Assembly: GCF_003334305.1 (NCBI RefSeq) | Contig: NZ_QOWS01000021.1 | Source of the DNA: Escherichia coli | GTDB taxonomy: Bacteria > Pseudomonadota > Gammaproteobacteria > Enterobacterales > Enterobacteriaceae | Direction: 5' to 3' (one strand) | Length of the DNA stretch: 64,000 nt | Shown: positions 20,474-28,783 of the stretch, piece after piece | Numbering within the stretch: position 1 is the first letter of the stretch | How the letters are laid out: the number at the start of each line of letters is the position of its first letter | Made by a program: the position numbers and the translations under genes | The notes under the pieces: generated by a model | Database searches by the model: none | The model's input: the letters and a program-made list of their open reading frames with translations, nothing else | Told to the model about the DNA's origin: nothing

Positions 20474-21613
20474 ATGGCAGCGGTTGAATTTCAATTGTCT
20501 AGGAAGATGATTGATTGGATAGCAAATTCTCAAGGAGTTTCTATCGAAACTCTTGCTGACCAAGTCATGCCCAAAAAGATTAATAAATTTCTTAACGGAG
20601 TGGTAAGTAAATCCGCAGCAGAAAAACTGGCAAAAATTGGAGGAATCCCTTTCGGTTTTTTATTTCTTGAAACGCCACCAACTCCAGCCAAACCCAAGAT
20701 CCCTGACTTAAGGCAAGCTATAAATAGCCGTGAGTTAGGAAAAGATTTTTTTGATGTTTACTATGATATAGAATATAAACTTGAGTGGTACAAAGACTAT
20801 TTAAGAGAAAATGGTAATGATGATCCACTCGATTTTATTGGTAAATTTAAATTTAATAGAAAATTAAATTATAAGGTTGTTGCTACAGACATAGCAAACA
20901 CAATACATTTTGATATACAAAAAGAGATAAAAAATGTCACTTTTGAGAGCTATTTTTCTAAAGTGGCAAAACTAATAGAAGACACTGGCGTATTAGTTTT
21001 CAAGAATGGTGTTGTGGGTAATAATAATAAAAGAAAACTTGACACGCGAGAGTTTCGTGGTTTCTGTATATCTGATAGCGTTGCTCCGATCATTTTTGTA
21101 AATAGCTCGGACGCGTTATCTGCGCAGGTATTTACATTATTTCATGAGGTGGCTCATCTTTGGCTTGGAGTCGATGGAGTCTCTGGGTGGGACACAGAAA
21201 AAAACATAGAATCTTTTTGTAATAAAGTTGCTGCTGAAATCTTAATGCCTGATAATCTCTTCAAATCTTTCTGGCTTAATGCATCCAGCGATAATAATTA
21301 TTATCGAGTAAAAGAGGTTTCTAAGTTATTTAAGGTTAGTGATTTCGCTTGTGCAATCAAAGCGTTACAATTAGATTTGATAGAAAGAAACACTTTGGAG
21401 ATAATTAAAGATCAAGCTTACAATAAGCCCAAAAAAGAATCCAATGGTGGTTCTTTCTTTAACACATTACCTGTTCGTAACAGTCCAAAACTTACGAATA
21501 TAATAATTTCCAAAGCAATGTCTCAACAATTACCATTAAGGGAAGCAGGCGTACTGCTAAATGTAAAAGCAGATACAGTTGTTGAATTTTATAAAAAACG
21601 AGAATCTCTATGA
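20474..21613 (+). CDS. HTH + ImmA/IrrE-like (HEXXH, COG2856/M78-type) zinc metallopeptidase domain protein
   Basis: 379 aa. HEVAH lies at residues 224-228 (nt 21143-21157) in the context FTLFHEVAHLWLG. The N-terminal ~60 aa are XRE-HTH-like. AGGTGA RBS. AT-rich. Confidence 0.75.
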   Translation: MAAVEFQLSRKMIDWIANSQGVSIETLADQVMPKKINKFLNGVVSKSAAEKLAKIGGIPFGFLFLETPPTPAKPKIPDLRQAINSRELGKDFFDVYYDIEYKLEWYKDYLRENGNDDPLDFIGKFKFNRKLNYKVVATDIANTIHFDIQKEIKNVTFESYFSKVAKLIEDTGVLVFKNGVVGNNNKRKLDTREFRGFCISDSVAPIIFVNSSDALSAQVFTLFHEVAHLWLGVDGVSGWDTEKNIESFCNKVAAEILMPDNLFKSFWLNASSDNNYYRVKEVSKLFKVSDFACAIKALQLDLIERNTLEIIKDQAYNKPKKESNGGSFFNTLPVRNSPKLTNIIISKAMSQQLPLREAGVLLNVKADTVVEFYKKRESL

Positions 21614-22122
21614 TTCATAATGGAAAATTCTTAATTGATAGTAATGTCTTCATAGAGGCAAAAAACTTTGCATATAACTTCAATTATTGCAAAATATTTT
21701 GGGATTTTCTTCTCGCTTTACACATTAATGGTCTGATTTATAGCATTAATGCTGTAAAAAAAGAACTATGTGCAAAAGATGATCCATTGTGTAAATGGAT
21801 TAAAGAAGAGTTACCATCATCATTCTTCGAAGATGAGCATAGTTCAATAGAAAATTATGCAAAGTTAATAAATTGGTCAACTAAATTAGATGTTACCGAA
21901 AAGGCAAAGTTTGATTTTGCAAGCCATGAAAAAGCAGATGCTTTTTTAATAGCCCATGCGATGACACATGGATATACTATTATTACCCATGAGAAACCAT
22001 CCGGTGGCAAACCTAAAAAAAGAATAATGATCCCGGATGCTGCTGCTTCTCACGGCGTTAAGACATTAACACTATATGAATTTCTTCCAAGATACGCTAG
22101 TCATAATTTTTCTTTGAAATAA
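21610..22122 (+). CDS. PIN-like domain protein (resembles the DUF4411 family), candidate toxin/effector
   Basis: 170 aa. N-terminal KFLIDSNVFIEAKN (PIN first acidic residue D10), later EKADAFLIAHA and TIITHEK. The start overlaps the upstream stop (ATGA). Confidence 0.65.
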   Translation: MIHNGKFLIDSNVFIEAKNFAYNFNYCKIFWDFLLALHINGLIYSINAVKKELCAKDDPLCKWIKEELPSSFFEDEHSSIENYAKLINWSTKLDVTEKAKFDFASHEKADAFLIAHAMTHGYTIITHEKPSGGKPKKRIMIPDAAASHGVKTLTLYEFLPRYASHNFSLK

Positions 22123-22127
22123 AACGT

Positions 22128-22154
22128 CCCGGCCACCGTGCCGGGTTTTCTTTT
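22128..22154 (+). terminator. Intrinsic terminator closing the cI-linked operon
   Basis: CCCGGC-CACCGT-GCCGGG followed by TTTTCTTTT. Confidence 0.75.
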
Positions 22155-22277
22155 GCCTCCCCTCATCACACACACCGTTCAAAAAACCACCACAACCCCG
22201 CTTCAGTTATCGCTATGCGATGCAAGTCACAAAATTAATTCTTTTTGCTATCAAATATTTAATATCAAAACACATCT

Positions 22278-22323
22278 AGCAATAGCAATAAGTATTGATA
22301 TCATCAATAGCAATAGCTATTAT
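22278..22323 (+). promoter_or_regulatory. Candidate PL promoter (TTGATA-17 bp-TATTAT) with OL operator motifs
   Basis: -35 at 22295-22300, -10 at 22318-22323. AGCAATAGCAATA at 22278-22290 and ATAGCAATAGC at 22307-22317 (in the spacer) share the OR motif. Confidence 0.65.
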
Positions 22324-22429
22324 CACCATGTCGCAACAACACAACGATACGGCAATCACCTGATTCACCGTTGCGATGACCGCTTAGATCCGCAGCTTGA
22401 ATTTCAGCAGGCTCCGGGGAGTGCGAGGG

Positions 22430-22807
22430 GTGAAGCGGACGCGTGAACGTCGGTGTGACCAGCTGAAATCAACTCAACACTTCATACCTCAGTCGCTTCA
22501 ACGAGGCGGCTTAGTTATGACAACCGGCGGCCATCCACCGCCTGAATACGCGCAGAAGTCTTTATATGTTCAGCAGCCCAGCTTACGGGCAGGAGTTTTT
22601 ATGGTTCATCAACATTACGGAACGCAGACCGTTAATCGCGGTGCGGTCATGCCAGGAATGCTGGTCAAACACAAAGATGGTACCTGGACTGCATCAGCTA
22701 ATTTACGCGGACGGCTTTATCTGCATCGCGGCATCGAGCGCACTTATACCCGTGATTTGCTCGTAGAAGTTTTTCTCGACGGACGCGGTAACGGCCTGAA
22801 TCACTAA
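22430..22807 (+). CDS. First ORF of the PL operon; hypothetical, possibly an N-like antiterminator (Arg-rich N-terminus); start uncertain
   Basis: ORF 22397..22807. The GTG at 22430 has GGAG 8 nt upstream and gives MKRTRERRCDQLKS.... Alternative ATG starts are 22517 and 22601, the latter with a strong AGGAG RBS (68 aa). Confidence 0.4.
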   Translation: MKRTRERRCDQLKSTQHFIPQSLQRGGLVMTTGGHPPPEYAQKSLYVQQPSLRAGVFMVHQHYGTQTVNRGAVMPGMLVKHKDGTWTASANLRGRLYLHRGIERTYTRDLLVEVFLDGRGNGLNH

Positions 22808-22883
22808 CCCCCCTTTCCTGTTTTCCTAATCAGCCTGGCATTTCGCAGGCGATATTTTCACAGCCATTTTCAGGAGTTCAGCC

Positions 22884-23180
22884 ATGAACGCTTATTACAT
22901 TCAGGATCGTCTTGAGGCTCAGAGCTGGGCACGTCACTACCAGCAGATCGCCCGTGAAGAGAAAGAGGCAGAACTGGCAGACGACATGGAAAAAGGTCTT
23001 CCACAGCACCTGTTTGAATCACTCTGTATCGATCATTTGCAACGCTGCGGGGCCAGCAAAAAAGCCATTACCCGTGCGTTTGATGACGATGTTGAGTTTC
23101 AGGAGCGCATGGCAGAACACATCCGGTACATGGTTGAAACCATTGCTCACCACCAGTTTGATATTGATTCAGAGGTATAA
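22884..23180 (+). CDS. gam: Gam (RecBCD inhibitor), 98-aa GamS form
   Basis: [41 protein letters not shown]...; matches recalled lambda Gam. Confidence 0.93.
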   Translation: MNAYYIQDRLEAQSWARHYQQIAREEKEAELADDMEKGLPQHLFESLCIDHLQRCGASKKAITRAFDDDVEFQERMAEHIRYMVETIAHHQFDIDSEV

Positions 23181-23185
23181 AACGG

Positions 23186-23971
23186 ATGAGTACAGCACTC
23201 GCAACGCTGGCAGGAAAGCTGGCTGAACGTGTCGGCATGGATTCTGTCGACCCACAGGAACTGATCACCACTCTTCGCCAGACGGCATTTAAAGGTGATG
23301 CCAGCGATGCGCAGTTCATCGCATTGTTGATCGTCGCCAACCAGTACGGCCTTAATCCGTGGACGAAAGAAATTTACGCCTTCCCTGATAAGCAGAACGG
23401 CATCGTTCCGGTGGTGGGCGTTGATGGCTGGTCCCGCATCATCAATGAAAACCAGCAGTTTGATGGCATGGACTTTGAGCAGGACAATGAATCCTGTACA
23501 TGCCGGATTTACCGCAAGGACCGTAATCATCCGATCTGCGTTACCGAATGGATGGATGAATGCCGCCGCGAACCATTCAAAACTCGCGAAGGCAGAGAAA
23601 TCACGGGGCCGTGGCAGTCGCATCCCAAACGGATGTTACGGCATAAAGCCATGATTCAGTGTGCCCGTCTGGCCTTCGGATTTGCTGGTATCTATGACAA
23701 TGATGAAGCCGAGCGCATTGTCGAAAATACTGCATACACTGCAGAACGTCAGCCAGAACGCGACATCACTCCGGTTAACGATGAAACCATGCAGGAGATT
23801 AACACTCTGCTGATCGCCCTGGATAAAACATGGGATGACGACTTATTGCCGCTCTGTTCCCAGATATTTCGCCGCGACATTCGCGCATCGTCAGAACTGA
23901 CACAGGCCGAAGCAGTGAAAGCTCTTGGATTCCTGAAACAGAAAGCCACTGAGCAGAAGGTGGCAGCATGA
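23186..23971 (+). CDS. bet: Bet (Red-beta single-strand annealing protein)
   Basis: 261 aa, [38 protein letters not shown]...; lambda Beta. Confidence 0.95.
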   Translation: MSTALATLAGKLAERVGMDSVDPQELITTLRQTAFKGDASDAQFIALLIVANQYGLNPWTKEIYAFPDKQNGIVPVVGVDGWSRIINENQQFDGMDFEQDNESCTCRIYRKDRNHPICVTEWMDECRREPFKTREGREITGPWQSHPKRMLRHKAMIQCARLAFGFAGIYDNDEAERIVENTAYTAERQPERDITPVNDETMQEINTLLIALDKTWDDDLLPLCSQIFRRDIRASSELTQAEAVKALGFLKQKATEQKVAA

Positions 23972-24648
23972 TACCGGACATTATCCTGCAGCGTACCGGG
24001 ATCGACGTGAGAGCTGTCGAACAGGGGGATGATGCATGGCACAAATTACGGCTCGGCGTCATCACCGCTTCAGAAGTTCACAACGTGATAGCAAAACCCC
24101 GCTCCGGAAAGAAATGGCCTGACATGAAAATGTCCTACTTCCACACCCTGCTTGCCGAGGTTTGCACCGGTGTGGCTCCGGAAGTTAACGCTAAAGCACT
24201 GGCCTGGGGAAAACAGTACGAGAACGACGCCAGAGCCCTGTTTGAGTTTACTTCCGGCGTGAATGTTACTGAATCCCCGATCATCTATCGCGACGAAAGT
24301 ATGCGTACCGCCTGCTCTCCGGATGGTTTATGCAGTGACGGCAACGGCCTTGAACTGAAATGCCCGTTTACCTCCCGGGATTTCATGAAATTCCGGCTCG
24401 GTGGTTTCGAGGCCATAAAGTCGGCTTACATGGCCCAAGTGCAGTACAGCATGTGGGTGACGCGAAAAGATGCCTGGTACTTTGCCAACTATGACCCGCG
24501 CATGAAGCGTGAAGGCCTGCATTATGTCGTGATTGAGCAGGATGAAAAGTACATGGCGAGTTTTGACGAGATGGTGCCGGAGTTCATCGAAAAAATGGAC
24601 GAGGCACTGGCTGAAATTGGTTTTGTATTTGGGGAGCAATGGCGATGA
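23968..24648 (+). CDS. exo: Exo (lambda 5'-3' exonuclease)
   Basis: 226 aa, [36 protein letters not shown]...; lambda Exo. Confidence 0.95.
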   Translation: MIPDIILQRTGIDVRAVEQGDDAWHKLRLGVITASEVHNVIAKPRSGKKWPDMKMSYFHTLLAEVCTGVAPEVNAKALAWGKQYENDARALFEFTSGVNVTESPIIYRDESMRTACSPDGLCSDGNGLELKCPFTSRDFMKFRLGGFEAIKSAYMAQVQYSMWVTRKDAWYFANYDPRMKREGLHYVVIEQDEKYMASFDEMVPEFIEKMDEALAEIGFVFGEQWR

Positions 24649-24827
24649 AGCATCCTCACGATAATATCCGGGTAGGTGCGATCACTTTCGTCTACTCCGT
24701 TACAAAGCGAGGCTGGGTATTTCCCGGCCTTTCTGTTATCCGAAATCCACTGAAAGCCCAGCGGCTGGCTGAGGAGATAAATAATAAACGAGGGGCTGTA
24801 TGCACAAAGCATCTCCTGTTGAGTTAA
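24645..24827 (+). CDS. Lambda orf60a-like small protein
   Basis: [35 protein letters not shown]...; same position after exo as in lambda. Confidence 0.75.
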   Translation: MKHPHDNIRVGAITFVYSVTKRGWVFPGLSVIRNPLKAQRLAEEINNKRGAVCTKHLLLS

Positions 24828-24991
24828 GAACGAGCATTGAGATGGCACATAGCCTTGCTCAAATTGGAGTCAGGTTTGTGCCAATACCAGCAGAAACAGA
24901 CGAAGAATTTCATACGTTAGCCACATCCCTTTCACAAAAGCTGGAAATGATGGTGGCGAAAGCAGAAGCAGATGAGAGAGACCCGGTATGA
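24800..24991 (+). CDS. Lambda orf63-like small protein
   Basis: 63 aa, [23 protein letters not shown]...; recalled lambda orf63. Confidence 0.75.
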   Translation: MHKASPVELRTSIEMAHSLAQIGVRFVPIPAETDEEFHTLATSLSQKLEMMVAKAEADERDPV

Positions 24992-25289
24992 CAGCCACGG
25001 AATGCATTTTTCTGGCAGCGGGCTTCATATTCTGTGTGCTTATGCTTGCCGACATGGGACTTGTTCAATGACACCTCAGCAGGAAAACGCCCTTCGCAGC
25101 ATTGCCCGTCAGGCTAATTCTGAAATCAAAAAAGCCAGACAGCAGTTTCCGGATAAAAACGTCGATGACATTTGCCGTAGCGTACTGAAGAAGCACCGTG
25201 AAACGGTAACGCTGATGGGATTCACACCGACTCATTTAAGCCTGGCGATCGGCATGTTAAACGGCGTCTTTAAGGAACGGTTAACATGA
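24972..25289 (+). CDS. Hypothetical early-left protein (lambda orf61 position); start uncertain (alternative ATG 25068, 73 aa)
   Basis: ORF track, 105 aa. It has the same 20-nt overlap with orf63 as lambda orf61. See the finding on an alternative ATGA-coupled reading. Confidence 0.5.
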   Translation: MRETRYDSHGMHFSGSGLHILCAYACRHGTCSMTPQQENALRSIARQANSEIKKARQQFPDKNVDDICRSVLKKHRETVTLMGFTPTHLSLAIGMLNGVFKERLT

Positions 25290-25381
25290 AAAGCAAAATC
25301 ATCAGGGAGCTACAGGCTCCTTTTTTATTGTTCGCATTCATCCTCAAGCGTATTAACCAACAATTCAGGGATTAATGGAAG

Positions 25382-25600
25382 ATGGCAGACATCATTGATT
25401 CAGCATCAGAAATCGAAGAATTACAGCGCAATACAGCAATAAAAATGCGTCGTCTGAACTACCAGACTGTATCCGCAACTCATTGTTGTGAGTGTGGCGA
25501 TCCGATAGATGAGCGAAGACGCCTGGCTGTTCAGGGTTGTCGGACTTGTGCAAGTTGCCAGGAGGAGATCGAACTTAAGAACAAACAATGGGGACTGTGA
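25382..25600 (+). CDS. TraR/DksA-family C4 zinc-finger protein
   Basis: 72 aa. CxxC-x17-CxxC (CCECGDPIDERRRLAVQGCRTCASC). Typical size and position of phage TraR homologues. Confidence 0.8.
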   Translation: MADIIDSASEIEELQRNTAIKMRRLNYQTVSATHCCECGDPIDERRRLAVQGCRTCASCQEEIELKNKQWGL

Positions 25601-25647
25601 TGGCCTCAAAGCAGCAAATTTCAACATCGTCCAACTGAGGTGTAAAA

Positions 25648-25926
25648 ATGTTCAGAATCATTTTTCCTAACACCTGGTACGTCGACCACCACGGCACTCC
25701 CTGCAAAATCCTGCGTTCTACCCACAACAAAGTTCACTACATCCGAAAAGGCAGAACATGTATCGCCAGCATGTTCCGCTTTAATCATGACTTTGAACCT
25801 GTGAATAAAGCTGATGCAGATCAGATAGCAGAAGAGATCGAAACGGCAGAACACATTAAGAAGTTACGTGACATGCGTTCAAAAAGCAGAGGTAACCATG
25901 GAATCATACAGCCTCACACTCGATGA
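25648..25926 (+). CDS. Hypothetical protein upstream of xis (possibly DUF4222-like)
   Basis: 92-aa ORF. The family assignment is only an impression from WYVDHHGTPCKILRSTHNKVHYIRKG. Confidence 0.45.
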   Translation: MFRIIFPNTWYVDHHGTPCKILRSTHNKVHYIRKGRTCIASMFRFNHDFEPVNKADADQIAEEIETAEHIKKLRDMRSKSRGNHGIIQPHTR

Positions 25927-26269
25927 GGCCTGTCAGTTTCTTAAGATATCCAGACCAACCGCCACCAACTGGATACGAACAGGCCGCCTACAGGCAACAC
26001 GTAAAGATCCAACCAAGCCAAAATCTCCTTACCTCACAACACGGCAAGCCTGCATTGCGGCGCTTCAGTCTCCGCTGCATACTGTCCAGGTGAGCGCGGG
26101 TGATGGCATAACAGAGGAAAGAAAATGTCACTCTTCCGCAGAAATGAAATATGGTATGCCTCGTATTCGCTCCCGGGCGGGAAACGAATTAAGGAATCTC
26201 TTGGCACAAAGGACAAGCGGCAAGCTCAGGAGTTGCACGACAAGCGAAAAGCAGAACTCTGGCGAGTAG
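25898..26269 (+). CDS. xis: Excisionase (HTH, MerR-like excisionase family)
   Basis: [37 protein letters not shown]... lies immediately upstream of int. The frame stays open 145 nt into int. Confidence 0.7.
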   Translation: MESYSLTLDEACQFLKISRPTATNWIRTGRLQATRKDPTKPKSPYLTTRQACIAALQSPLHTVQVSAGDGITEERKCHSSAEMKYGMPRIRSRAGNELRNLLAQRTSGKLRSCTTSEKQNSGE

Positions 26270-27288
26270 AAAAGCTAGGGGATTTACCTGATGTCACTTT
26301 TGAAGAGGCCTGCCTAAGATGGCTTGAGGAAAAAGCTGATAAAAAATCTCTCGATTCAGATAAAAGCCGGATTGAGTTCTGGCTTGAACATTTTGAGGGT
26401 ATAAGGCTTAAAGATATCTCGGAGGCAAAGATTTACTCTGCTGTAAGCAGAATGCATAACAGAAAGACGAAAGAAATATGGAAACAGAAAGTTCAGGCCG
26501 CCATCAGGAAAGGTAAAGAACTGCCTGTTTATGAACCAAAGCCAGTATCAACTCAGACAAAGGCAAAGCATCTTGCCATGATAAAGGCCATTCTCCGTGC
26601 TGCAGAACGCGACTGGAAGTGGCTGGAAAAAGCGCCTGTCATCAAGATACCAGCGGTCAGAAACAAGCGAGTCAGATGGCTGGAAAAGGAGGAAGCAAAA
26701 CGCCTTATTGATGAGTGCCCCGAACCACTGAAATCTGTCGTCAAGTTTGCGCTGGCAACTGGTCTGAGAAAGTCGAACATCATAAATCTGGAATGGCAAC
26801 AAATCGACATGCAGCGACGAGTTGCCTGGGTGAATCCAGAAGAGAGCAAATCAAACCGCGCCATTGGTGTGGCGCTGAACGATACCGCCTGTAAAGTGTT
26901 GCGTGATCAAATAGGCAAGCATCACAAATGGGTGTTTGTACATACCAAGGCGGCTAAGCGAGCAGATGGAACATCAACGCCTGCGGTCAGGAAGATGCGC
27001 ATCGACAGCAAGACATCATGGCTATCAGCTTGTCGTCGTGCAGGAATTGAAGATTTCCGTTTCCATGACCTCAGACACACCTGGGCAAGCTGGCTGATTC
27101 AGTCAGGCGTCCCATTATCAGTGCTTCAGGAAATGGGCGGATGGGAGTCCATAGAAATGGTTCGTAGGTATGCTCACCTTGCGCCTAATCATTTGACAGA
27201 GCATGCGAGGAAAATAGACGACATTTTTGGTGATAATGTCCCAAATATGTCCCACTCTGGAATTATGGAGGATATAAAGAAGGCGTAA
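26125..27288 (+). CDS. int: Tyrosine integrase, IntD (DLP12) type
   Basis: 387 aa, [35 protein letters not shown]...; catalytic [10 protein letters not shown]...VRRYAHL. Adjacent to argU. Confidence 0.95.
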   Translation: MSLFRRNEIWYASYSLPGGKRIKESLGTKDKRQAQELHDKRKAELWRVEKLGDLPDVTFEEACLRWLEEKADKKSLDSDKSRIEFWLEHFEGIRLKDISEAKIYSAVSRMHNRKTKEIWKQKVQAAIRKGKELPVYEPKPVSTQTKAKHLAMIKAILRAAERDWKWLEKAPVIKIPAVRNKRVRWLEKEEAKRLIDECPEPLKSVVKFALATGLRKSNIINLEWQQIDMQRRVAWVNPEESKSNRAIGVALNDTACKVLRDQIGKHHKWVFVHTKAAKRADGTSTPAVRKMRIDSKTSWLSACRRAGIEDFRFHDLRHTWASWLIQSGVPLSVLQEMGGWESIEMVRRYAHLAPNHLTEHARKIDDIFGDNVPNMSHSGIMEDIKKA

Positions 27289-27303
27289 CTGATTGAATTG
27301 TAA

Positions 27304-27380
27304 TGGCGCGCCCTGCAGGATTCGAACCTGCGGCCCACGACTTAGAAGGTCGTTGCTCTATCCAACTGAGCTAAGGGCGC
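27304..27380 (-). tRNA. argU: tRNA-Arg (anticodon UCU), argU
   Basis: The reverse complement reads GCGCCCTTAGCTCAGTTGGATAGAGCAACGACCTTCTAAGTCGTGGGCCGCAGGTTCGAATCCTGCAGGGCGCGCCA: 77 nt, cloverleaf-compatible, encoded CCA. Confidence 0.95.
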
Positions 27381-27411
27381 GTTGATACCGCAATGCGGTG
27401 TAATCGCGTGA

Positions 27412-27439
27412 ATTATACGGTCAACCCTTGCTGAGTCAA
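27412..27439 (-). promoter_or_regulatory. argU promoter (TTGACT-16 bp-TATAAT)
   Basis: Minus strand: -35 TTGACT (27439-27434), -10 TATAAT (27417-27412), about 30 nt upstream of the mature tRNA 5' end. Confidence 0.7.
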
Positions 27440-27622
27440 TGGCTTTTGATCTGGTTGCTGAACAAGTGAACGACCGCGTCTGATTTTCTGATTTATTTCG
27501 CTATAGCGGCAAACAAACACACACCGCTGCGCGTCTGAATCAAGAAAACCCGTATTTTCATGTATCAAAGTACAATTTACCGCCCTAACGGAAAATTGTC
27601 CGCTCCTATGAGACTGGTAACT

Positions 27623-28255
27623 ATGAAACCAACGTCGGTGATCATTATGGATACTCATCCTATCATCAGAATGTCTATTGAAGTTCTGTTGCAAAAAAAC
27701 AGTGAATTGCAGATTGTCCTGAAAACGGATGATTACCGCATAACCATCGATTATCTCCGAACCCGTCCTGTTGATTTAATCATTATGGATATAGACTTGC
27801 CCGGAACAGACGGTTTTACCTTCCTGAAAAGGATCAAACAAATCCAGAGCACAGTGAAAGTGTTATTTTTATCATCGAAATCAGAATGCTTTTATGCTGG
27901 CAGAGCGATACAAGCTGGTGCTAACGGTTTTGTCAGTAAATGCAATGATCAGAATGATATTTTTCATGCCGTTCAGATGATCCTCTCCGGATACACGTTT
28001 TTTCCCAGCGAAACGCTTAACTATATAAAAAGCAATAAATGTAGTACGAATAGTTCAACGGTCACTGTACTATCTAATCGTGAAGTGACCATATTACGTT
28101 ATCTGGTTAGCGGATTATCTAATAAAGAAATTGCCGATAAGTTATTACTTAGCAATAAAACAGTTAGTGCGCATAAATCTAATATTTATGGCAAGCTAGG
28201 TTTGCATTCAATTGTAGAACTTATCGACTACGCCAAATTATACGAATTAATATAA
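27623..28255 (+). CDS. fimZ: FimZ response regulator (LuxR-type)
   Basis: 210 aa from MKPTSVIIMDTHPIIRMSIEVLL...; matches recalled K-12 FimZ. Confidence 0.93.
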   Translation: MKPTSVIIMDTHPIIRMSIEVLLQKNSELQIVLKTDDYRITIDYLRTRPVDLIIMDIDLPGTDGFTFLKRIKQIQSTVKVLFLSSKSECFYAGRAIQAGANGFVSKCNDQNDIFHAVQMILSGYTFFPSETLNYIKSNKCSTNSSTVTVLSNREVTILRYLVSGLSNKEIADKLLLSNKTVSAHKSNIYGKLGLHSIVELIDYAKLYELI

Positions 28256-28257
28256 TA

Positions 28258-28773
28258 TTAATTATAATTGATCATAAATATCGCATCCGCTTTCGCCACA
28301 CCTGGCCGAACACCGCTGGCTAACGCTCGATAATTGGCAAAAAAGTTTAGTGTGACATTGCCATTTGCATCTACTTCCTCAGTCGGGCTCGCCGCTCCCA
28401 GTGCGAGCCGGGAGCGATCGCTATTACGTAATTCGATGGCGATGGTTTGCGCCATTGCGGGATCATCCAGAGCCAGCAGGTTGGTATCGGATGCCGGCGT
28501 TCCCGTAAATAAAATCGCAACTGAACCCGGAGGACATCCCTCCAGCCGCAGGCTAAAAGGGACGAGTGCCGTGGTATCGCCAGCGTTCAGTAATTGTGTC
28601 GTAGGCCATCTGCCTAAATCTACCGTCTTATCAATATCCGCAGTGTTTACGGTACAGGAGAAATCAACAACGTTACCGTGCAAATTGATATTAATCGTTC
28701 CCAAAGGGTCAGCTACCCATCCACTGGAAATCCACAGTAACCCGCAGAAACAGCTAAAGAGTGCTCTTCTCAT
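28258..28773 (-). CDS. sfmF: Sfm fimbrial minor subunit SfmF
   Basis: 171 aa from MRRALFSCFCGLLWISSGWV...; synteny with sfmACDH. Confidence 0.9.
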   Translation of the reverse strand: MRRALFSCFCGLLWISSGWVADPLGTININLHGNVVDFSCTVNTADIDKTVDLGRWPTTQLLNAGDTTALVPFSLRLEGCPPGSVAILFTGTPASDTNLLALDDPAMAQTIAIELRNSDRSRLALGAASPTEEVDANGNVTLNFFANYRALASGVRPGVAKADAIFMINYN

Positions 28774-28783
28774 TCTCCGTACC

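Noticed and set aside
20474-21613. Idea that the ImmA/IrrE-like protein is simply the anti-repressor protease of this prophage, as in ICEBs1 ImmA/ImmR
   Set aside because: The adjacent repressor has a complete S24 LexA-like autocleavage domain (Ala-Gly site, Ser and Lys motifs). The peptidase gene is also translationally coupled to a PIN-like gene. I therefore down-weighted this idea, but it is not excluded and is kept as an alternative in the finding.
22381-22388. Possible nutL boxA (CGCTTAGA) with a following boxB hairpin
   Set aside because: It matches the boxA consensus (CGCTCTTA) only partially. I could not find a 5-bp-stem/pentaloop boxB within about 15 nt, so it is not called as a nut site.
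22138-22446. 102-aa plus-strand ORF right after the cI-operon terminator
   Set aside because: It spans the T-run of the terminator, the OL/PL operator-promoter region and the untranslated leader. It has no RBS and low-complexity sequence. It is better explained as regulatory DNA.
25305-25326. Hairpin GGAGC-TACAG-GCTCC + T6 as a definite tL terminator feature
   Set aside because: It is plausible, but it lies inside a possible ATGA-coupled 29-codon ORF and the stem is only 5-6 bp. It is reported only within a finding, not as a feature.
27413-27694. 93-aa minus-strand ORF between argU and fimZ
   Set aside because: It overlaps the fimZ 5' region and runs into the near-consensus argU promoter. 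It has no RBS. K-12 has no gene here.
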